Shown: piece by piece, positions 10,796 to 20,932 of the stretch
Position numbering within the stretch: position 1 is the stretch's first letter
Layout: the number at the start of each line of letters is the position of its first letter
Origin: Candidatus Cloacimonadota bacterium
Lineage (GTDB): Bacteria > Cloacimonadota > Cloacimonadia > Cloacimonadales > TCS61
Reading direction: 5' to 3'
Assembly (NCBI GenBank): GCA_030445745.1
Contig: JASUTE010000007.1
Coordinates: 1,839 to 65,838 of the forward strand
DNA length: 64,000 nt
Notes under the pieces: model-generated
The model's database searches: none
Told to the model about the DNA's origin: nothing
The model's input: only the letters and a program-made list of their open reading frames with translations
Translations under genes and position numbers: made by a program

Positions 10796-11605
10796 TCAAG
10801 AGTTAGTTCGCAATATTTTTACTTGTTGCATAAATTTTTGCAGGCGCTGTGGAGCTATAGCATTTTTCCAAATTCCCTCTTTTTTAAAGTAGGAACCTAC
10901 AATAAATCCCTGAGCTAAGTTCCAGTATTGGGAAATATTATCTGCTGTTAAGCCAGAGCCAATAAAAATGGGAACAGAAAGATGTTTTAAAGTTTTAAGT
11001 TCTACTATGTCTGCTGTTTCGCCAGTGCTGTTGCCGCTTACTATTACGCCATCTGTTAAAAAAAACTCAGCGGCCTTGGCTGTTTGCTCTATATTTACAT
11101 CGCTAGTAAGGTTGTGGGCTGAGTGCTTTTTCTTGATGTCGGTAAAAATGGCCACATCTTCTGCTTCCAATAACTTGCGGTAGCGCAAAAGCTGCCCAGC
11201 ATCACTATGCATAAATCCTTCATCGGCTATATGAGCAAAAACAAAACCTTCACAGCGCACAAACTGCAAAGAAGCAGCTTGGGCAACTGCTAGTGCTTGT
11301 TTGTTAGCGCCAGCTAAGATCTGTATCCCAATCGGAAGTTTTATCTCTTTTCTTATTTGAGTTGCTATAGAGGTCATTGCTGCAGTTATTTCGGGGCCAA
11401 CTTGTCGGTTCAAATAGGGAAGATCGTGCATATTTTCCAAAATTATACCGTCTAGCCCAGCAGTTTCATAAATTTTGGCTTCATGTACTGCAGTTTTTAT
11501 TACCTTTGTTAGATTTCCCTGATAACGAGGTGTCCCTGGCAAAGCGCCCACATGCACCATACCGAAGATCATTTTGCCGTATTTTAAATGCTCTGTTATT
11601 TTCAT
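10796..11605 (-). CDS. BtpA/SgcQ family protein
   Basis: 269 aa. MIFGMVHVGALPGTPRY ... GLDGIILENMHDLPY matches the BtpA family N-terminal signature (from memory). Confidence 0.7.
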   Translation of the reverse strand: MKITEHLKYGKMIFGMVHVGALPGTPRYQGNLTKVIKTAVHEAKIYETAGLDGIILENMHDLPYLNRQVGPEITAAMTSIATQIRKEIKLPIGIQILAGANKQALAVAQAASLQFVRCEGFVFAHIADEGFMHSDAGQLLRYRKLLEAEDVAIFTDIKKKHSAHNLTSDVNIEQTAKAAEFFLTDGVIVSGNSTGETADIVELKTLKHLSVPIFIGSGLTADNISQYWNLAQGFIVGSYFKKEGIWKNAIAPQRLQKFMQQVKILRTNS

Positions 11606-11663
11606 TTAAACTCCAATCTGCTTACTTATTTTTATCGGTTCTTGTGTCAAGATAAGAAATTCT

Positions 11664-11691
11664 TTGACAAGAAGTTATAACTCTTTATAAT
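11664..11691 (+). promoter_or_regulatory. Sigma-70-type promoter (TTGACA-16 nt-TATAAT)
   Basis: TTGACA at 11664-11669 and TATAAT at 11686-11691, about 115 nt upstream of the 953-aa gene. Confidence 0.6.
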
Positions 11692-11807
11692 TTTATTCGG
11701 AGTTTGGGATTAGGAAAATATTACGCAAGATAGACGATATGATTTAGACTTTTTTTACACGGGAACCAGTTATTTTAAGAGCACTAGATAATTCAAGGAG
11801 GAGAATT

Positions 11808-14669
11808 ATGAGGAAGTTGCTTATTTTATTATTATTTTTAGTTTTAGGTATTAGCTTAGCTGCCGAATGGTCGGTAATTGCCACTTATGAAATTCCGGAA
11901 GGTGCTTCTGGATTGGCTTATGACGGAGAATACTTGTACTGTGGCATTTATGGCAGTAATGGAGATAAAATCTACCAGCTCAACCCTGCCGATGGCAGCT
12001 ACACAGAATACTTAAGCGGAATGCAAGAAGATTGTTATGGTCTTACCTTCGATGGGGAATATTTATGGACTACCGATCACCCAGGTTCTTCCAGCAATCC
12101 CGCTACCGCCCTGAAACTGGATAGTGATGGCAACATAGTAGAACAATTTGATTTGCCAGATCACTACATGAGCGGAATAGCATACGACGAGGGGAATTTT
12201 TGGGTTTCTAGCTATTACGATCCCGAAGGATATATCTACCAAGTAGACCACGAAGGCACTATTTTACAGGAATTCGATGCTCCAGACGAACAACCCTGGG
12301 ATCTTTGTATGGAAAATGATTACCTATGGATGGCAGATTACTGGGGAGATGCTCTCTATAAAATCGATCCCACAGATGGTTCAATGCTGGAATCACATGC
12401 TTCGGAAAGCACCAATCCAGCCGGCATAGTTTACGATGGCCAATATCTGTGGTATTGCGACAATGGTTTTGAAGGTGTTGATTATCTTTACAAAGTAGAT
12501 TTGGAAGGTGGTGGCACTCCAGCTATCGATACAAATTTCACTAGCTACGATTTTACTAATGTGCAAATCGATACTATGGATGAGACAGAAATAACTGTGT
12601 ACAATAATGGTGATGGCGATTTGGAAATTTCCGAGATGGATATTCCCTCCTCTGCCTTTACAATCTATTATGAATTACCAATTGTTATTTCTCCTTCGGA
12701 CGCTGCTTCCTTTGTTATTGAATTTCTTCCTACTACATATGGGGCATATAACTCAGCTCTGGCTATTACTTCGAACGACCCTCTAAATCCGGTCTGGGAA
12801 GTAGAACTAAGCGGTTTTGGCGTTTACGAAAACCAGGAAATTGCTGTTGACCAGCAAGATCTGAGTTTTGGTTCTGTAAGAAAAGGCTCATCTACTGCAT
12901 TAAACTTGGAAATTGTCAATCAGGGCTTGAACTGCCTGGAAATTTCCGATATTGAAACTACAGATGATAATTATTATTTCATTGCAGAACTGCCTGCTAC
13001 CTTGGAAGTAAACGAAGTTTTGCTGGTTACTGTTTGGTTCAATCCTTATGTTGCCGGTAATATTGAAGCTGAACTGCAAATAACTTCTAACGATAGTGAT
13101 GAAAACCCGCTGATAGTGGAACTAAATGGTACAGCTACTGATGAGACCTATTCTATTGGCGAAGAATTGTGGCACTACACTGTAACCGGTGGTTACGATA
13201 ACAGCCTGAAAGCCCTAGCTTATATTCAGGATATAACTGGTGATGACAAAGAAGAAGTTATAGCCTGTTCCGAAGACAACTATGTGCGTTGTATCAATGG
13301 GAACGCTTCCAATGAAGCTGAGGTAATTTGGGAAACTGAAATAAGTAATGTCTATCACCAAAATAATTTGTATATTGCTCCTGATTTAAATGATGATGGG
13401 TGTAAGGATGTTCTGGTAGGTACAGCCGGCAAAAAGGTTTATGTTCTTTCAGGTAAAGAGGGCAATATTATTTGGATATTCGATACAACTGTCTATGGAG
13501 AGGGTGGCTGGATCTATCAAACATTTGCTAAGTACGATTACAACGAAGATGGCACTATAGATGTGCTAGCGGCAAGTGGAGATGATGCCTACGATACTGG
13601 ACCACAGAGAATATTTTGTTTAGACGGCACTAATGGTGAAGAGATTTGGAACTACTTCTATGCTGGACCTAAATTTGCTGTAATTGGAGTAGAAGATTTC
13701 ACCGGCGATGGTTTCCCAGACGTGGTAGGAGGAGCTTCCAATGCCTATGAAACTGAAGGAAAAGTATTTGGCATAAATGGTGCTGACGGTGGAGTTGAAT
13801 GGACTTATAACACTAGTGGCTCCTCGGTATGGGCCTTAGCAAGTGTAGCCGATATCAATGATGATGGCATAAAAGATATTGTAGCTGGCGATTTTGCTGG
13901 TGCAGTTTATGGAATCGATCCCACAACAGGAGACGAAATTTGGGCTAATGGCCTGGGTTCGATGATAATTCTTCGCTTCGAAGACGTAGGAGATGCCAAC
14001 GGTAATGGCTATAGCGATTTGGCTGTAGCGCATAGTTCCAGCAGTAATGCCCTGCTTATAGATAGTTACGATGGCAGTATAGTCTGGACGCACCAAGTAG
14101 CCGATCAGCCTTGGTGCGTGGATGTTGCTAACGATTTGAATGGTGATGGTGTAAAAGATTTGGTAGTAGGAACTCTTTTCCAAAATAACCGAACTTATTT
14201 TCTTGATGGTAGCAATGGCAATGAATTGGGTTCCAATAATTTCTCTTCAGCAGTAGATGCTATTTGCGCTCTTCCCGATGTAACCGATGATGGTAGTTGG
14301 GAAATGGTAGCTGGTGGCCGCGATGGCACCATAATTTGTTATTCCGGAGGGTTAGGTAGTTCAGCTAATCATCCCAATACAATATCACCTAACAATATGT
14401 TGCCTGTGCAAAATTATCCAAATCCTTTCAATCCTACCACTAACATAGAATTTACCCTGCCCACAGCTCAACAAGTTCAGCTTACTGTTTACAATCTAAA
14501 AGGTCAGAAAATTAGAACTTTGGTAGATGAAATTTATCCAGCAGGCAAAAACACGGTGGTTTGGAATGGAAAAGACAAAGCTGGCCGAGAGGTAAGTTCG
14601 GGCGTTTATTTCTATAAACTGGAAACTGCGCATGCTAACATCACTAAAAAAATGCTGTTAATGAAATAG
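11808..14669 (+). CDS. Secreted multi-domain protein: beta-propeller repeats, two Ig-like (choice-of-anchor-D/HYDIN-like) domains, FG-GAP-like repeats, T9SS C-terminal sorting domain
   Basis: 953 aa. Signal peptide. YDGxYLW-type blades. ITSNDPLNP / ITSNDSDENP Ig-like modules. DxxGDGxxDVVxG repeats. C-terminus NYPNPFNPTTNIEFTL...VYNLKGQKI...SGVYFYKLET. Confidence 0.8.
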   Translation: MRKLLILLLFLVLGISLAAEWSVIATYEIPEGASGLAYDGEYLYCGIYGSNGDKIYQLNPADGSYTEYLSGMQEDCYGLTFDGEYLWTTDHPGSSSNPATALKLDSDGNIVEQFDLPDHYMSGIAYDEGNFWVSSYYDPEGYIYQVDHEGTILQEFDAPDEQPWDLCMENDYLWMADYWGDALYKIDPTDGSMLESHASESTNPAGIVYDGQYLWYCDNGFEGVDYLYKVDLEGGGTPAIDTNFTSYDFTNVQIDTMDETEITVYNNGDGDLEISEMDIPSSAFTIYYELPIVISPSDAASFVIEFLPTTYGAYNSALAITSNDPLNPVWEVELSGFGVYENQEIAVDQQDLSFGSVRKGSSTALNLEIVNQGLNCLEISDIETTDDNYYFIAELPATLEVNEVLLVTVWFNPYVAGNIEAELQITSNDSDENPLIVELNGTATDETYSIGEELWHYTVTGGYDNSLKALAYIQDITGDDKEEVIACSEDNYVRCINGNASNEAEVIWETEISNVYHQNNLYIAPDLNDDGCKDVLVGTAGKKVYVLSGKEGNIIWIFDTTVYGEGGWIYQTFAKYDYNEDGTIDVLAASGDDAYDTGPQRIFCLDGTNGEEIWNYFYAGPKFAVIGVEDFTGDGFPDVVGGASNAYETEGKVFGINGADGGVEWTYNTSGSSVWALASVADINDDGIKDIVAGDFAGAVYGIDPTTGDEIWANGLGSMIILRFEDVGDANGNGYSDLAVAHSSSSNALLIDSYDGSIVWTHQVADQPWCVDVANDLNGDGVKDLVVGTLFQNNRTYFLDGSNGNELGSNNFSSAVDAICALPDVTDDGSWEMVAGGRDGTIICYSGGLGSSANHPNTISPNNMLPVQNYPNPFNPTTNIEFTLPTAQQVQLTVYNLKGQKIRTLVDEIYPAGKNTVVWNGKDKAGREVSSGVYFYKLETAHANITKKMLLMK

Positions 14670-14695
14670 TACCAACCCGTATTGCATAAGCAACG

Positions 14696-14725
14696 AGCCT
14701 GTGTCTTTGGCACAGGCTTTTTTTC
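14696..14725 (+). terminator. Intrinsic terminator
   Basis: agcctgtg-tctttgg-cacaggct followed by TTTTTTT. Confidence 0.8.
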
Positions 14726-14929
14726 TTGGAACAGCTGAGATTCTTCCTCAAATTGTTTCGGATTTAATCTGTGAAAATGTATAAAAAATGTAGTCCCATT
14801 TCAGGATGGGGAAAGTGATGAAAAAGATGATATTAAGGAAATAGTATCAATTGACCATATTTTTTTAACGAACTGCTTTGCAAGCAGTTACGAGAGTTTT
14901 ATCTCGTGTTATGAGCATAGCAAAAAAGA

Positions 14930-15345
14930 CGCTTTCCTTTTTGTGGCAATTTAAAAACCAAAAAACATGGTTTTATTTACAATAGAATTCTCACAAATCG
15001 TGGCAGGGTAAACCGGAAAACACAACGGTATCTGTGTAAAGAATGTGGCAAAACTTTCACTCATTTTAGCACAAAAACAAGCAAGCATACAAGTGTTAAT
15101 TTAAAAAAGCGAGACATGCTGGACTTTGTATTAACCAAAAACTCTCTGCGTGAAGTAGGTAAACGCTATTATGAATTCCTGACTAAATTTTTTGATTAGG
15201 ATTACTTGATAATAAATACCAATCGTATCGAAAACATGATTAGACAACTGAATAGAAAAATTAGACACAGTTATTTTTACACTACCTACTTTTCAATTAA
15301 ACTACGTTTTGTTTTAGCAAGCTTTTTCCTACAAACAAGCTAATT
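14930..15345 (+). mobile_element. Degraded IS1-like transposase remnant (zinc-finger N-terminal piece plus C-terminal piece, middle missing)
   Basis: No-start frame reads ...CGNLKTKKHGFIYNRILTNRGRVNRKTQRYLCKECGKTFTHF..., an InsA-like CxxC...QRYxCxxCxKTF pattern. A second piece reads INTNRIENMIRQLNRKIRHSYF..., resembling the TNxIExxNxxLR transposase C-terminus. No intact ORF. Confidence 0.45.
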
Positions 15346-15424
15346 CTCTATTTTTTTTGCCTTTTCCAAATAAAAATGGGAAGCCACTCAGCAGCTTCCC
15401 AACTTTTGCGGTTTTACAAAGTTC

Positions 15425-18400
15425 CTAGAACTTGATCTCGGCTGTTAAGAAAGCATTAAATAATGGAGCCGGAGTTACATACATATATTCGTTATCAGTA
15501 AGATAATCATCCACAAATTCGCCTTCTTCGTTGTAATATCCACGATTGTAATCAGTACGCACATTAGCCGACTGCAGGTTTTCTCGGTTCAAGATATTAT
15601 TCAAGCTTAGTTTCAGGAAAGCATCTTTTTCGCCGATCTTGAAACTGTATTTAATATCTGCGCCCATCTCGAAGAAATAGGGCAATTCACTGCTTTTTAT
15701 AGAAGTAGAGTCTGGTTCGAAGGTTTGGCTGCTTTCATTCCAAACGTAGTTACTGTAATATTCATTGGTATAGTTAGCATAATAGCCATCCCAATAACGT
15801 CCGCGCAGGCCAAATCGAAGTTTTCCATTATAGGGCATGTTTTTGAAAGTATATCCTACCGAGCCGTTTATAATAATTTCGGGTGCAAAGGGAACTACTT
15901 TATCTTCCATCTCTTCCGCACTCATATCGAATATCTGTTCCACATTCATATCGGTCCAACGATTGTGTGACCAGGTAAGTGACGAGTAAGCGTCAAAATT
16001 GGCGATATCGAGGTTGGAACTAAACTCCACGCCTTGATGACGTGCCTTTCCTGCATTCAGTACCATACTGGCATCGAACTTATTGGTCTCGATAGAATCG
16101 TTTTCGGCATTGTAGTATTGCTCTGTAATTGGAATAGTAACATATTCTATTTTGTCATAGTAGTCACTCATATAGTAGTTTACATCGAAATCTACATAAA
16201 CTCCATCGTAACCTAGTCCAAATTCTATTGTGTTAATCTTTTCCGGTTCCAGTTCGCCATAAAAATGTTCTTCTTCCTGGTTGTAGTAGGCACCGGTGCT
16301 GTCTTGCAAAACTATATTTTTGGTATACATTTGGCGGGTATCTGGCCCATCGTAACCATACCATTCGGAAGTACGGGGCTCTTTGTAGGCTATAGAGTAG
16401 TTTGTTCTCACATTAAAATATTTGGAAATATTATAATTTACCCCGAATTTGGGAGAGAAGAAGCTATAAACTTTCTCATAATCGGAATCTTTGAATTTAT
16501 ATACAGTGTCTTGTCCAACCACTTCGGTTATATCTTTAGTAGAATAGAAATATTCGCCGGTTGGTTCGCCTGTTCCCAAATCATAGATCTCGATAGGATT
16601 TTCATCGATGCTGGAAGCATAACGGGCTATTTGGCCGTCTGCCATCAAATTCAATTTTTCAATCGGTTTGAAACTTACACGGGCAAAAGCAGACATATTC
16701 AGCACATGGGAAGTATAATCGTAGTTCTTTTGCATTTTGTCGTAGGTTTCCACGCTATCTGGAAAGTCTGGGTTGAAGTGACGGAATTTTTCGATTTTGC
16801 CGATATGATCGGCATTCCAGCTTCTAACTTCACCACCGCAGACTATTTTAAATTGGTTATTTACTTGGTAATCGAAATATGTGTTCCCGCCAAACTGGAA
16901 GTGATCGCTTATTTGGTTATTGCGCCAGGAATACTCGTAGCGAGTAGGAGAATCGAAAAAATCGGCGCCCTTACCACTAATAAGCTCGCCTTTATAGGAA
17001 GGGCCTACTACCGGAATAACACCACCAACCAGAACGGTATCGACCGGACAGAAATTTTCTGACTCTACGCCATAGTTTTCGTATAGGAATAAGGCATGTT
17101 TTCCAAAAGCGTTATCTTCGAAAGCTTGGGGATCATCTGAATCTAAAAACCCATCGCGGAAAGCAACTTCGCCAGTATTGATATCGAATTTATCTTGGCT
17201 GAGATATTTACCACCACCATCACCTTTAGTAACGAACAGGTTGGTCATCAGCAATTTATTATCGGAAATTTCCCATTCATCGCGAATCGAAAACTGCGGT
17301 TTAAAATAGTAATTTTCCTGATATTCATGGTTGTTTCTATTATATTCACGGCCCAAGGTATTCATAAGATCGGGGTCAGATTTAAAATATGCCTGGTTGT
17401 GTTCCTGCGGCGCACCCAAAAAGTTGGTGTAGATCTTATGATTTCCCAGAATATGCTGGGTATCTAACCCGAAAGACCAACCGCGATAGTTGGTTCCAGT
17501 TATGTAATAATCACCCACTTTTCGTTCCACCATAAGCCCATAGTTTAGTTTCCCGTTATACAAGTTACCAGAGTTATATCGCATCAAAACATTGTAGTTA
17601 TATGGATTATAATCTTCCATATTGCCTTCGCCATCTGCCACTTTATCTTCACTTACATAAGCACCGTAGGAAGAGCGGATAGTAAACTCTGGTTCCGGTT
17701 TAGTACCCATTGTTTCTATGTTTAAAGAACCGCCAAAGGCGCCTGAACCGTACAGAGAAGAGCCGGCTCCCTTTTGCACTTGCACCGATTTCACATTGGA
17801 AGTTAGGCCTGTCCAGTTACTCCAGTATACTTTTTGGCTTTCCGGGTCGTTTACTGGAATTCCATTGATAAGTACCTGAATTTTATCTGCTTCAAAACCA
17901 CGCATAGTGATCTCGGCATCGCCCAAACCGGTGGTATTAGCAAAAATACCAGAAACATCTTCCAATAATTGCGGCATATCTTCCGTTGTGTATTTATCGG
18001 AAATCTCTTCTTCTTTGATATTGGTAAAAGCAATTGGGGTTTCACGCTTTTTGGCTCGGTTAGCGCTTACGCTAATGCCTTCGGTAGCTATAGCTTCTTT
18101 GCGCATTTTCACATTTAACACGCTAGTTTCATTTGCCACTACCTCTATCTCTTTTTCCAATTTTTTCATTCCTACTAAGGTAAACTCAACAGTGTATTTT
18201 CCTTCAGGCACATTCTGAATAAGGTAAGTACCATTTTCCTTAGTATAAGCACCTATTTCAAGCTGCTGTATTTTTACGGAAACATAACCTATAGGTTCTT
18301 GATCGGAAAAAGTGACTACACGGCCAGCTATTTTCCCGGTAGCTGCTGTTAAAGATGTTACAATAAATAACACAATGCAAAATAGAACTAATTTCTTCAT
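15425..18400 (-). CDS. TonB-dependent receptor with N-terminal carboxypeptidase-regulatory-like domain
   Basis: 991 aa. Signal peptide. GKIAGRVV...GTYLIQNVPEGKYTVEF (CarboxypepD_reg). Plug domain (ITMRGFEADKIQVLINGIPVND). Long beta-barrel ending in ...TAEIKF. Confidence 0.9.
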   Translation of the reverse strand: MKKLVLFCIVLFIVTSLTAATGKIAGRVVTFSDQEPIGYVSVKIQQLEIGAYTKENGTYLIQNVPEGKYTVEFTLVGMKKLEKEIEVVANETSVLNVKMRKEAIATEGISVSANRAKKRETPIAFTNIKEEEISDKYTTEDMPQLLEDVSGIFANTTGLGDAEITMRGFEADKIQVLINGIPVNDPESQKVYWSNWTGLTSNVKSVQVQKGAGSSLYGSGAFGGSLNIETMGTKPEPEFTIRSSYGAYVSEDKVADGEGNMEDYNPYNYNVLMRYNSGNLYNGKLNYGLMVERKVGDYYITGTNYRGWSFGLDTQHILGNHKIYTNFLGAPQEHNQAYFKSDPDLMNTLGREYNRNNHEYQENYYFKPQFSIRDEWEISDNKLLMTNLFVTKGDGGGKYLSQDKFDINTGEVAFRDGFLDSDDPQAFEDNAFGKHALFLYENYGVESENFCPVDTVLVGGVIPVVGPSYKGELISGKGADFFDSPTRYEYSWRNNQISDHFQFGGNTYFDYQVNNQFKIVCGGEVRSWNADHIGKIEKFRHFNPDFPDSVETYDKMQKNYDYTSHVLNMSAFARVSFKPIEKLNLMADGQIARYASSIDENPIEIYDLGTGEPTGEYFYSTKDITEVVGQDTVYKFKDSDYEKVYSFFSPKFGVNYNISKYFNVRTNYSIAYKEPRTSEWYGYDGPDTRQMYTKNIVLQDSTGAYYNQEEEHFYGELEPEKINTIEFGLGYDGVYVDFDVNYYMSDYYDKIEYVTIPITEQYYNAENDSIETNKFDASMVLNAGKARHQGVEFSSNLDIANFDAYSSLTWSHNRWTDMNVEQIFDMSAEEMEDKVVPFAPEIIINGSVGYTFKNMPYNGKLRFGLRGRYWDGYYANYTNEYYSNYVWNESSQTFEPDSTSIKSSELPYFFEMGADIKYSFKIGEKDAFLKLSLNNILNRENLQSANVRTDYNRGYYNEEGEFVDDYLTDNEYMYVTPAPLFNAFLTAEIKF

Positions 18401-18557
18401 ACATTACCCTACTTTCTTAATTTAATATTTATAAAATTCTAAAAGCTGCAGAAATTTTAAAAATGTCAAGCTCATTATAAAATTACGATGATTTAATTTA
18501 TCAAAATTAGCTGATAGCGCTGGTTAAGTTAATTTAGAAAAAATAAAAAAGGAGGTT

Positions 18558-18776
18558 ATGAACAAGTTAGAAAACTTTTAGCTGTAACTGAAAAGCAGTT
18601 GCTCGTTCATGGCAGTCGTGATGATTTATATCTTTGGATAGCTCTTTGTGGAATTTGGTCAGCCTGCAAAAATCACAACTTCATTTCCATAAAAAACAGT
18701 TAATTGCAAGGTGCAAGAATTATACAAAAAACTGGGATTTACAAAACTAGTCAAAGAGGAAATTTGGCAGAGATAA
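18558..18776 (+). pseudogene. GNAT-family acetyltransferase remnant
   Basis: SD plus ATG gives MNKLENF*. Downstream frame reads LFVEFGQPAKITTSFP*KTVNCKVQELYKKLGFTKLVKEEIWQR*, the GNAT C-terminal pattern N..A..LY.KLGF, interrupted by stops. Confidence 0.4.
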
Positions 18777-18795
18777 AGCTAGATTCGCAGTCAGT

Positions 18796-20598
18796 TTAAT
18801 TTTTTCTGTTTCTTTTCCTATCTGCTGTTTTCAATATTTTTTTGCGCATCCGCATGTTTTGCGGAGTTACCTCCAGCAATTCATCTTCTTCGATATATTC
18901 CATAGCTTGTTCCAAGCTAAATTGGCGGGGTGGATTCAATTTAATAGCATCATCGGAACCGGCAGCCCGGACATTGGTAAGCTTTTTACCCTTGCATACA
19001 TTTATCACCAAATCGTTCTCGCGGCTGTGTTCACCTACGATCATACCTTCGTAAACTTTGGTTCCCGGATTAATAAAAAGCGTACCGCGCGGCTGAAAAC
19101 TATTCAAAGAATATCCGGTAGCTTCGCCTTTTTGCATAGCTACCAGAACTCCACGAGTTTTTCGTTCTATTTCTCCCGTAAAATATTCATATTCATAAAA
19201 GCTGTGGTTCAAAATGCCGGTACCTCTGGTTTCAGTTATAAATTCATTGCGGAAACCAATTAACCCGCGTGAGGGAATTTTATATTCCAACCGGGTATAA
19301 CCATCACTACCGGCTACCATGTTCAGCATTTTGCCTTTGCGTGTCCCCAGCATCTCGATAACTGTGCCTACAAATTCATTGCTCACATCAATAATCGCTA
19401 TCTCTACCGGTTCTGTTTTCTTACCATTTAACTCACGGAAAATGACCTTGGGTTTGGAAACCTGAAACTCGAAACCTTCCCGGCGCATATTTTCAATAAG
19501 AATGGAAAGCTGCAATTCACCGCGTCCCTTCACAATAAATTCATCTGCTTTGTTTGTGCGTTCCACCAAAATACTCACATTAGTTTGCAATTCTTTCTGC
19601 AACCTTTGCCATAGATGGCGCGCATTTACATATTTGCCTTCTTTCCCAGCAAAAGGCGAATCATTTACCTTAAAATTAATTGTCAGGGTAGGTTTATCAA
19701 TTTCGATAAGCGGTAAAGGTTGGGGCCGTAGTTTATCGGCAACTGTTTCACCCACATCTATCTTCTCTAACCCAGCTACCGAAACGATATCGCCGGCAAA
19801 AGCTTCTTTTATCTGTTTTTTTTGCAAACCTACATATTGGAAGATCTGAGCTATCCGATATAGCAGCTGCTCACCATCTCTTTTCAGCAGCAGCACTTCT
19901 TCGCCCACCCTCAATTTGCCATTGCTAATTTTACCAGTACCTATTTTTCCCAAAAAATCGTTGTATTCAATAGCGGAAATAAGCATCTGCAAAGGTTTTT
20001 CTCTATCGCCCTGAGCATCTTCAACTTGGTTTATAATTGTATCGAACAGAGGAATCAGATCTTCATTTTTATCTTCCAGCTCATAGCGTGCTATCCCAGC
20101 TTTTCCGGAAGAGTACAAAATAGGAAAATTCAGCTGGTCGTCATCTGCATTAAGTTCCACGAACAGGTCAAAAACCATGTCCAGCACATCGCTGGGACGG
20201 CTATTGGGGCGATCGATCTTGTTTATAACCACGATCGGTTTTAGTTTAAGTTCCAAAGATTTCTTTAGCACATATTTGGTCTGCGGCATCGGCCCTTCAA
20301 AGGCATCTACCAGCAGCAGTACCGAATCTACCATTTTCAAAATACGCTGTACTTCCCCACCAAAATCGGCATGCCCGGGAGTGTCCACTATATTCACTTT
20401 GTAGTCTTGGTAGTAAAATGAAGCATTTTTGGAAAAGATGGTTATTCCGCGCTCCCTTTCCAGGTCATTAGAATCCATGATGCGTTCTTGCACTTCCTGA
20501 TTTTTGCGAAAAACTCCACTTTGTTTCAAAATAGCATCTACTAAAGTTGTTTTGCCATGATCCACATGAGCTATAATTGCTATATTCTTAATTTTCAT
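18796..20598 (-). CDS. typA: Translational GTPase TypA/BipA
   Basis: 600 aa. NIAIIAHVDHGKTTLVD, DTPGHADFGGEV, NKIDR G-motifs and BipA-type C-terminal domains. Confidence 0.95.
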   Translation of the reverse strand: MKIKNIAIIAHVDHGKTTLVDAILKQSGVFRKNQEVQERIMDSNDLERERGITIFSKNASFYYQDYKVNIVDTPGHADFGGEVQRILKMVDSVLLLVDAFEGPMPQTKYVLKKSLELKLKPIVVINKIDRPNSRPSDVLDMVFDLFVELNADDDQLNFPILYSSGKAGIARYELEDKNEDLIPLFDTIINQVEDAQGDREKPLQMLISAIEYNDFLGKIGTGKISNGKLRVGEEVLLLKRDGEQLLYRIAQIFQYVGLQKKQIKEAFAGDIVSVAGLEKIDVGETVADKLRPQPLPLIEIDKPTLTINFKVNDSPFAGKEGKYVNARHLWQRLQKELQTNVSILVERTNKADEFIVKGRGELQLSILIENMRREGFEFQVSKPKVIFRELNGKKTEPVEIAIIDVSNEFVGTVIEMLGTRKGKMLNMVAGSDGYTRLEYKIPSRGLIGFRNEFITETRGTGILNHSFYEYEYFTGEIERKTRGVLVAMQKGEATGYSLNSFQPRGTLFINPGTKVYEGMIVGEHSRENDLVINVCKGKKLTNVRAAGSDDAIKLNPPRQFSLEQAMEYIEEDELLEVTPQNMRMRKKILKTADRKRNRKN

Positions 20599-20882
20599 AT
20601 ATAACCTTCTCTATAATTAGGAAACACATCTATGAGGAGAGGATTTTACGTCAATGTTTACCGTATATTATTTTTGCAATAGGATGGGAAGCCTTTTGTG
20701 TTTCTATTTTTATTACATTTATTTAATAACCTGGCACCGAGCTGCATTCAAGCAGAAAAAAAGTATGTAAATTCCTCATAAAGGATTTAAGTATAATTTA
20801 TTTAAAAACCAGATCAATCTTAGAAAATAGAAATAAACAGTAACGAAATGCAACTACAAAACCTCAGAGGCCGGTTGACCAC

Positions 20883-20913
20883 AAAAAAGAGTCCGACTTT
20901 TAAAGCCGGACTC
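20883..20913 (-). terminator. Intrinsic terminator of the 990-aa cargo gene
   Basis: Minus strand: gagtccgg-cttta-aaagtcggactc followed by TTTTTT. Confidence 0.75.
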
Positions 20914-20932
20914 TTCGGGGAGGAAGGTGATA

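Noticed and set aside
16265-17062. 265-aa plus-strand ORF, and many similar 60-160 aa ORFs antisense to long genes (for example 4868-5218, 7886-8218, 29125-29541, 37965-38393, 50508-50903, 62745-63230).
   Set aside because: These are shadow ORFs lying entirely inside strongly supported genes on the opposite strand. Their composition is hydrophobic or low-complexity and they carry no motifs.
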